Positions 57,661-64,000 of a DNA stretch of 64,000 bases are shown in pieces (within the stretch, counting starts at the first letter, position 1; each line of letters begins with the position of its first letter). The notes under the pieces were generated by a model. That model was not told the DNA's origin and made no database searches. It worked only from the letters and a program-made list of their open reading frames with translations. The translations under genes were made by a program, and so were the position numbers. The stretch comes from the human T2T-CHM13v2.0 reference genome, Homo sapiens: assembly GCF_009914755.1 (NCBI RefSeq), contig NC_060936.1, one strand, 5' to 3'.

Positions 57661-59029
57661 TTGTCCCAAACTTTGGCTAAGGTATAAATGAGGCAGAGGT
57701 TTCGGGCAGAAGTTCAGTTAAGTAACAAACATCTGGCTGAAGTTTTTTTTGTTGCTACTTCCCTTGAGAAGCTCAGAGCATAGCCTTTGTTTGGTACCCT
57801 CCACACGCAGGTTAGCAGTTATCTAACAGCCTAACTCATATAACTTTTCATATCCAGAGTGAAAAAAATCACATTACGTAAAGTGATTTTGAAGTGTTTA
57901 GTCATTGCTTTCATGATATAGGTACAATTTATGAGAGTATGCACATGATTCATTTAGCCAAAATGGATTGCACAAATTGACTTTTACCAAAAACAACTTA
58001 CAATAAAAGAATTGGTTAATGGAAGACTGTATGATACCTCAGCAGAAGAGTCTCCATTTATGGTGGAGGTACATACCACTTTATCCAAAGTTAAGTGAAA
58101 TCAAGTAGCAGAAAATAAAAATTCATACTTTACACTGGAGAGTTTGTTTTTTAGATCTGCCCACAGGGCACAGGGGTGGTCCTTGGGGATGAAGTGACTC
58201 ATGCTCCCAACCGTAACTAAAAGCTATTAATCTTTCTTCTTTTCCAGAAAACTGTTAACTATTTTAGAGAATTAAAGGACAATTCAACTTGTTGGATAAT
58301 GCAATTTAATACAATAAAAGCTTCCCAGAAGCTTCCCACAGCTGTCACCCCAAGAGATCAAGAAAGCATGCTCCCTGCCATATCGCAAAGAACCAAGCAT
58401 CCTTTCCAGACTTCAGCAGCCCTGGGGAACTGAGAGCCCACCACCCTCCAGAGTCTACTGGGGTAAAAATCTGCTGCTTGGCATTCCTGCTATTCTCAGA
58501 CCTATATTCATCCAACCACTCCCGAGTGTTTCTCATAATGCCCTGGGGCTCCTCTCCACTGATCTGGTTTCTTACTCCTCTTACACTTCCCTAAACCCTT
58601 TCACTGTGCTATTTGGTATTCCTGATCTATGATCAGGAAATTCTTACATAGTCTCAGCTTCTTCCACATATTTGCCTTAACCAGACCTCCTCCTGCAGCA
58701 TTCTCAAGCAGAAGTTGCTCATTTACTCACCTCCAGGCCAGATCATGTGAACCATGCAGGCTATTAATGACTTGACCACTTGTCTCAAATGGTGTTCTCC
58801 CATCTACCTGACATTCTCACTTCCATGGGTGTGTCTTGTACCTTTTCTCATCCCCAACTGTTCCATTTTAAAATCCCCAATGCATTTCATTGAAAGGCCA
58901 TAGCTGTCTATATTTCTTGTTGGCTTAAATAGCCTATTGGGATAATTGTTTTATTTTTATGCTGTAGCTCCTCAGCACCAGTCTTAACTCATGCAGCTTT
59001 CTCATAACTACTTCAGAATTGTACTCTTT

Positions 59030-59900
59030 ATCCACAAAGACCTAATCCCTTCCCTTCTTTCCCCCTTATTCTTAGCAAATGATTTGGACTTTGATATTCA
59101 TCTACTTGACATAGACATTTAGATGTCTCAGTCACTTCAAACACAGTATGTAGAAAAATACCTTTTGAACTCTTCTCCTCCATCAAAAGTGCCCCTCCTA
59201 TCCCTTGAGCCCAGGAGTTCGAGGCTGGCTGCAGTGAGCTATGATCATGCTACTGCCCTCCAGCCAGGGTGACAGAGTGAGACCTTGTCTCTATAAATAG
59301 ATAAATAAATAAATACCCCTCTTTCAGTGTTCTCTGTCTCTCTCTCACTCTTGCACACCTCTGATCTAGTCACTCAAAACTTTAAAACTGTAAACTTGAA
59401 ATGTTCCTGTCTGCAGGCATCTCATTGCCCCTATTGGAAAGGCCATCTTCTTAGTAGTCATATGACTACATGGGCTGGCTCCTACCTATTTCTCTCCAGC
59501 CTCATCTTGTGCTACCTGCTCCTCACTCTGTGCGTGCATCTTTTTATTCCACTCATAGTCACCATCTTTCATTTCTTCTAATGCACTCAGCGTCTTTGCA
59601 CGGGCAGTTTTCTCTGTTTACCACTATACCAGCAACTAGCTTACCCTTTTCATTCTTCCTGGCCCCGCTAAGATACCCTTTCCTCCAATGAAACCTCCAC
59701 TGACCAAGCTCTCTACAAGACTAGGTTAAGTCCTCCTGTAATAGAATATAATAAAAAGTTGCATATCTCGATTAGAATGATTGATTATTACTATTTATTT
59801 CCTACCCTCAAAGTAAGCTTCATAGTACCAGGGTCTGGGACCATTGGATTCACCTATATAGGTTTTCAATAACATCCATGGAAAAAACAAACAGATGACT
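59030..59900 (+). mobile_element. Degenerate L2 fragments with an embedded Alu monomer piece (59204-59315)
   Basis: catctacttgacatagacatttagatgtctc..cttcaaacacagtatgt; ttgagcccaggagttcgaggct..gagaccttgtctct plus tail. Confidence 0.6.
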
Positions 59901-61603
59901 TTGAATCAGTCTGTTCACTGTATTTTACAAAGTGTAAGTGTGATGTCTTTATTGTGACTCACGGTGGTATGGTTTTCTCTCCTCATAGAAGATACAAATA
60001 AACGCAACCTCTCTATCATCTCAATTTAAAGCACTTTGCTCTTGGATCACTATCTCCTATCTTTCCAGCTCACTTCCTCTTTCTCTTCTATTCCAAAACT
60101 TTGTGCCAGTACCCCTGGAGCTGAGCATGACAGGAGAAAAACATAGAACAATACTGACTGTTCCCACTTTAAAGTCATTCCATAAGCCTAAAAAGAGACC
60201 CTTAGTTCTGCCTAGCAGGAGGAGTGCCTTCCCCTTGGATGGTCACCCTCTCATTTTCCTGGAAGATTTTCCTACCCCCTCCTTTCTTATCCTTGGAATC
60301 CTTCCCTTGCGACCTTCCTTCACAACTGGCATTCTTCCTTCTCCACTAAGAACACTGAAGCATGCAGAAAGGGAGAAATTAGCATGGGAAAAGTAACATC
60401 GTGCTTGTGTGGTGTTGGGAATAACAGTAAATAAAGACAGTATAATGATATGAGAAAGGGGACAGAATTTCTGGAGCACTGTCTTTACATGGGTGAGCAT
60501 AAAAGCACAATGTTATTTTTACCATCTTAATTTCTCTTAAAAATCTATAAAATAATATTCCGATACTATTATTTTCCAAAATGTGATTTTTAAAATGCAG
60601 TATGTCATAATTTATTTTGGCAAAGTCATATTGTTGAAAATATATACAGTGTATCTAATAGTATTTGCTATAAATATGTGGGGTTTTCTACTTGTTTATA
60701 TTAACTAATATTTAATCCTATGTTATCTTTTTATACAGTGTACTTTTTTAGTGGTTTCTTGTTGTTTTCCTTCTTTTTGTGTTTTTTTCTTTTTGCTATC
60801 TAGACTACTTTGTTTTTAACCTCTATTAACTTAGTATATTCATTGTTTTCATTGTAGATATATGCTTGTAGGTAAATATAGTGTAACTATTATTTTTTAA
60901 AAATATTAGTGCCAATTAGCCACCCATGTATTATAATAAATTCAACCCCCTTTCTTTTCTTCCATCTCTTCACTCATTTCGTATCTGCTTTTTTGGTGAG
61001 GAAATCTCAAATTTTAGTTCATGTTATCATTTCATACTTTTTATATTATGTTTTCTTTTTCAAGATTTTTCTACTATATTTTGTAGTAAATTAGTATTTA
61101 TTCAAACAATTTCTATTTCAGTAGTTTTATTTCGTAGAGACAGTTTCTTTATATGATGACTTTTCTATTATTAAAATCTTTGTTTTTTTATTCTTTTCTC
61201 ATTTTGTTGAATTACTTCTTCAATTATCTTGCATTTAGCATATGGGTATGCTATACTCTGAACACTTGCACATTTAAAAATATATTTTCTTATTCTTATA
61301 GTTGAATGCAAATTTAGCATTGTGTAGAGTTCTTTTGTTATAACTGTTTTTTACAACACAATAACAACAAAAATAACATTGAAAAATTTCAGAATATATG
61401 ACATTAAATACATTAGAAATTGATGTAATTAAGGACTGATTGCCAATTTCATGATAGAACCGTTACTAATAATTACAATTATATAATTACAATTAAAATG
61501 AAATTATCTAATCACTTACAACAGGCTAAACAAATAGAACACACCTGAAATTAATAGCAGACTATATTTATTCAGGCAACCATGTTTATATTTAAGAAAG
61601 ATA

Positions 61604-61872
61604 GGCCAGATGTGGTGGCTCAGGCCTGTGATCTCTGCATTTTGGGAGGCCAACGCTGGGGGATTGCTTGAGCCCAGGAGTTTGAGGCCAGCCTGGGCAA
61701 TATAGTAGGACCACATCTCTACAGTTTTTTTTTTTTTTTAAATTAGTAAGGCATGATGGCACCTGCCTGAAGTCCCAGCTACTTGTGAGGTTGAGGCAGA
61801 AGTGAGTTGTGACTGTGTCACTGCACTCCAGCCTGAGCAACAGAACAAGACTCTGTCTCAAAAGAAAAAGAG
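61604..61872 (+). mobile_element. AluJ with T-rich central linker and a right-arm deletion
   Basis: ggccagatgtggtggctc...ctctacagT16aaattag...actctgtctcaaaag. Confidence 0.9.
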
Positions 61873-62347
61873 AAAGTATATTTTATTGTGAATACCCTCC
61901 ATAAAAGGAGAATTTTTTCAATGTATGAGTTGATAAGCCGTTCCTACAAAATTGTGCAAATTCAAAATAGGATTATAAGGATTAGAATGCTGTATGACAT
62001 TGGTAATTATATCCTTGTTGGCTTATTTAGTAGTTTCTGATGGAAATATGGATGTACAAATAAATGACAGCTGTCAGTTCAGGTAAGACAGCTGAATATA
62101 AAAATTTATTTAAAAAGAGATTCTTAAATTTTATTGTTTTGAAAAGACAGCTGAAAACAGTATCAATAGTTTCTTAGAATGAGTCTTTAACAAATCAACA
62201 TTCATTTGAAATAAAATCTGTGCTTATATTTAAGGCACTTACATAGGTTTGCATTTTAGTAGGGATGTAGAAAATACATGTTTTGGATTGAACAATGGTG
62301 AGGCTTCGTAAGGAGTAAAATAATTCCAAAATGTTCCAGACTTTACA

Positions 62348-62542
<195 letters not shown>

Positions 62543-63348
62543 CTTTTATATAACACTATGCATCTGAGATATGGCAGGCATTTTGTTTCCCAAAATATTT
62601 GTGAAAAAGGCAAATGTGTACCATGTAGGAAATGACATTGTTTGTTGAAAACTTATATCGAATTGTATATCATTGTATATGGCGGATTACATAAAACAAT
62701 GTTGCAAAAATGAAGCTTGGCTGACTATTGGAATGGTTTGCTGAAATTGGCTTTCAGATTTGAATTTCATGTTTTCCTTGAAACTTCTATATCACACGTG
62801 AAGGGTTTGGAATTTTGCCATAAAAGTTCCAAAGTAAAAGTAATGTCATTCCCTTCTTTCTTTCCAAAAGTAGAAGCATTAAAGGGAAGCAAACACACTT
62901 AGGAGAGTAAGGAGAAGTTTTGCAAAATCAAAAACCAAAACCCAAACAACCCAAAAGGTAAACATAAAATTCTGATATTTCAAAGTTACAAGAATTATAA
63001 ATAACAAAACAAAAATTTTAAAATTAAATATTTTGTGAGACTACTTATAAACAATGTTATGTAAAATAATAACACTCTTCCCAATCTCTACTCCACTGCC
63101 AGTCTTTATGTGTCAGCTTTTGACCAACAATGTTTCTATCACCACTCTTTCTTTCCTTTCCCCGTAGTTTATATCATTATAAAGACTGTAGTGGTAAATG
63201 AAAATGAACCAGGTAAATTTAAAAGGAAATATGAATATGGGGTAGATAGGAACAATCAGGGAATTAACATGGATGCAGTTTGTCTTTATCTTGGGTGAGT
63301 GAGATTTTAGAGATCAATGCCTGTTCATTTTTGCATTTATCATTTTAA

Positions 63349-63668
<320 letters not shown>

Positions 63669-63875
63669 CATTTTTTCTCTTTTTAACAGAATTAATTAAC
63701 TACATTTGATTCACTGATCTAGTTTTGTAAACTGAGATGTGATACATAAAATATAACAAGGTAGATGTTAATTATATTAAAAATGGACCTCAGTTTTATA
63801 GAATTGTGTTCATCATAATGTTTGGTTTGTAGACGAATTATTTTCATTCATTAATGTAAAGAAAGTCCTCTTTTT

Positions 63876-64000
63876 GCTGGGCACGGTGGCTCACGCCCGT
63901 AATCCCAGCACTTTGGGAGGCTGAGGCAGGCGGATCACGAGGTCAGGAGATCGAGACCATCCTGGCTAACACGGTGAAACCCTGTCTCTACTAAAAATAA
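63876..64000 (+). mobile_element. AluY-like left arm, cut by the window end
   Basis: ggatcacgaggtcaggagatcgagaccatcctggctaacacgg. Confidence 0.93.

Noticed and set aside
57680-57820. TATA box (tataaat) plus donor-like cag|gttagc as a promoter and first exon
   Set aside because: Short motifs that are common in AT-rich DNA, with no supporting ORF or CpG island.

Overview
AT-rich primate (almost certainly human) genomic DNA that is dominated by transposable elements and looks intergenic or deep-intronic. I see no intact cellular protein-coding gene, RNA gene or CRISPR array. The long ORFs in the track are decayed LINE-1 ORF1/ORF2 pieces, and the short ones are mostly Alu/LTR read-throughs or chance. 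Contents: a near-full-length, disabled L1PA2/3-type LINE-1 (33110-39060); several truncated L1s; about 12 Alus, including a very young AluYe-type copy; about 20 LTRs of the ERV1/MER4 group, ERVL and MaLR classes, mostly solo and often nested, many with readable target-site duplications (TSDs); Tigger-family DNA transposon remnants; and simple repeats. The most notable structure is an L1PA7-like insertion (48645-51544) whose single 15-bp TSD encloses the L1 plus two successive downstream segments: a MER41A LTR piece ending at its own poly(A) signal, then about 320 bp of apparently unique DNA. This reads as a serial (two-generation) 3' transduction. Other points of interest are a YY1-less L1 with a possible cap-derived 5' G and an open, extended ORF0, three apparent deletion junctions, and an old ~530-bp-period duplication with a strongly conserved core. 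Subfamily names come from remembered consensus sequences, not a RepeatMasker run. I found no evidence for a genuinely new biological system.
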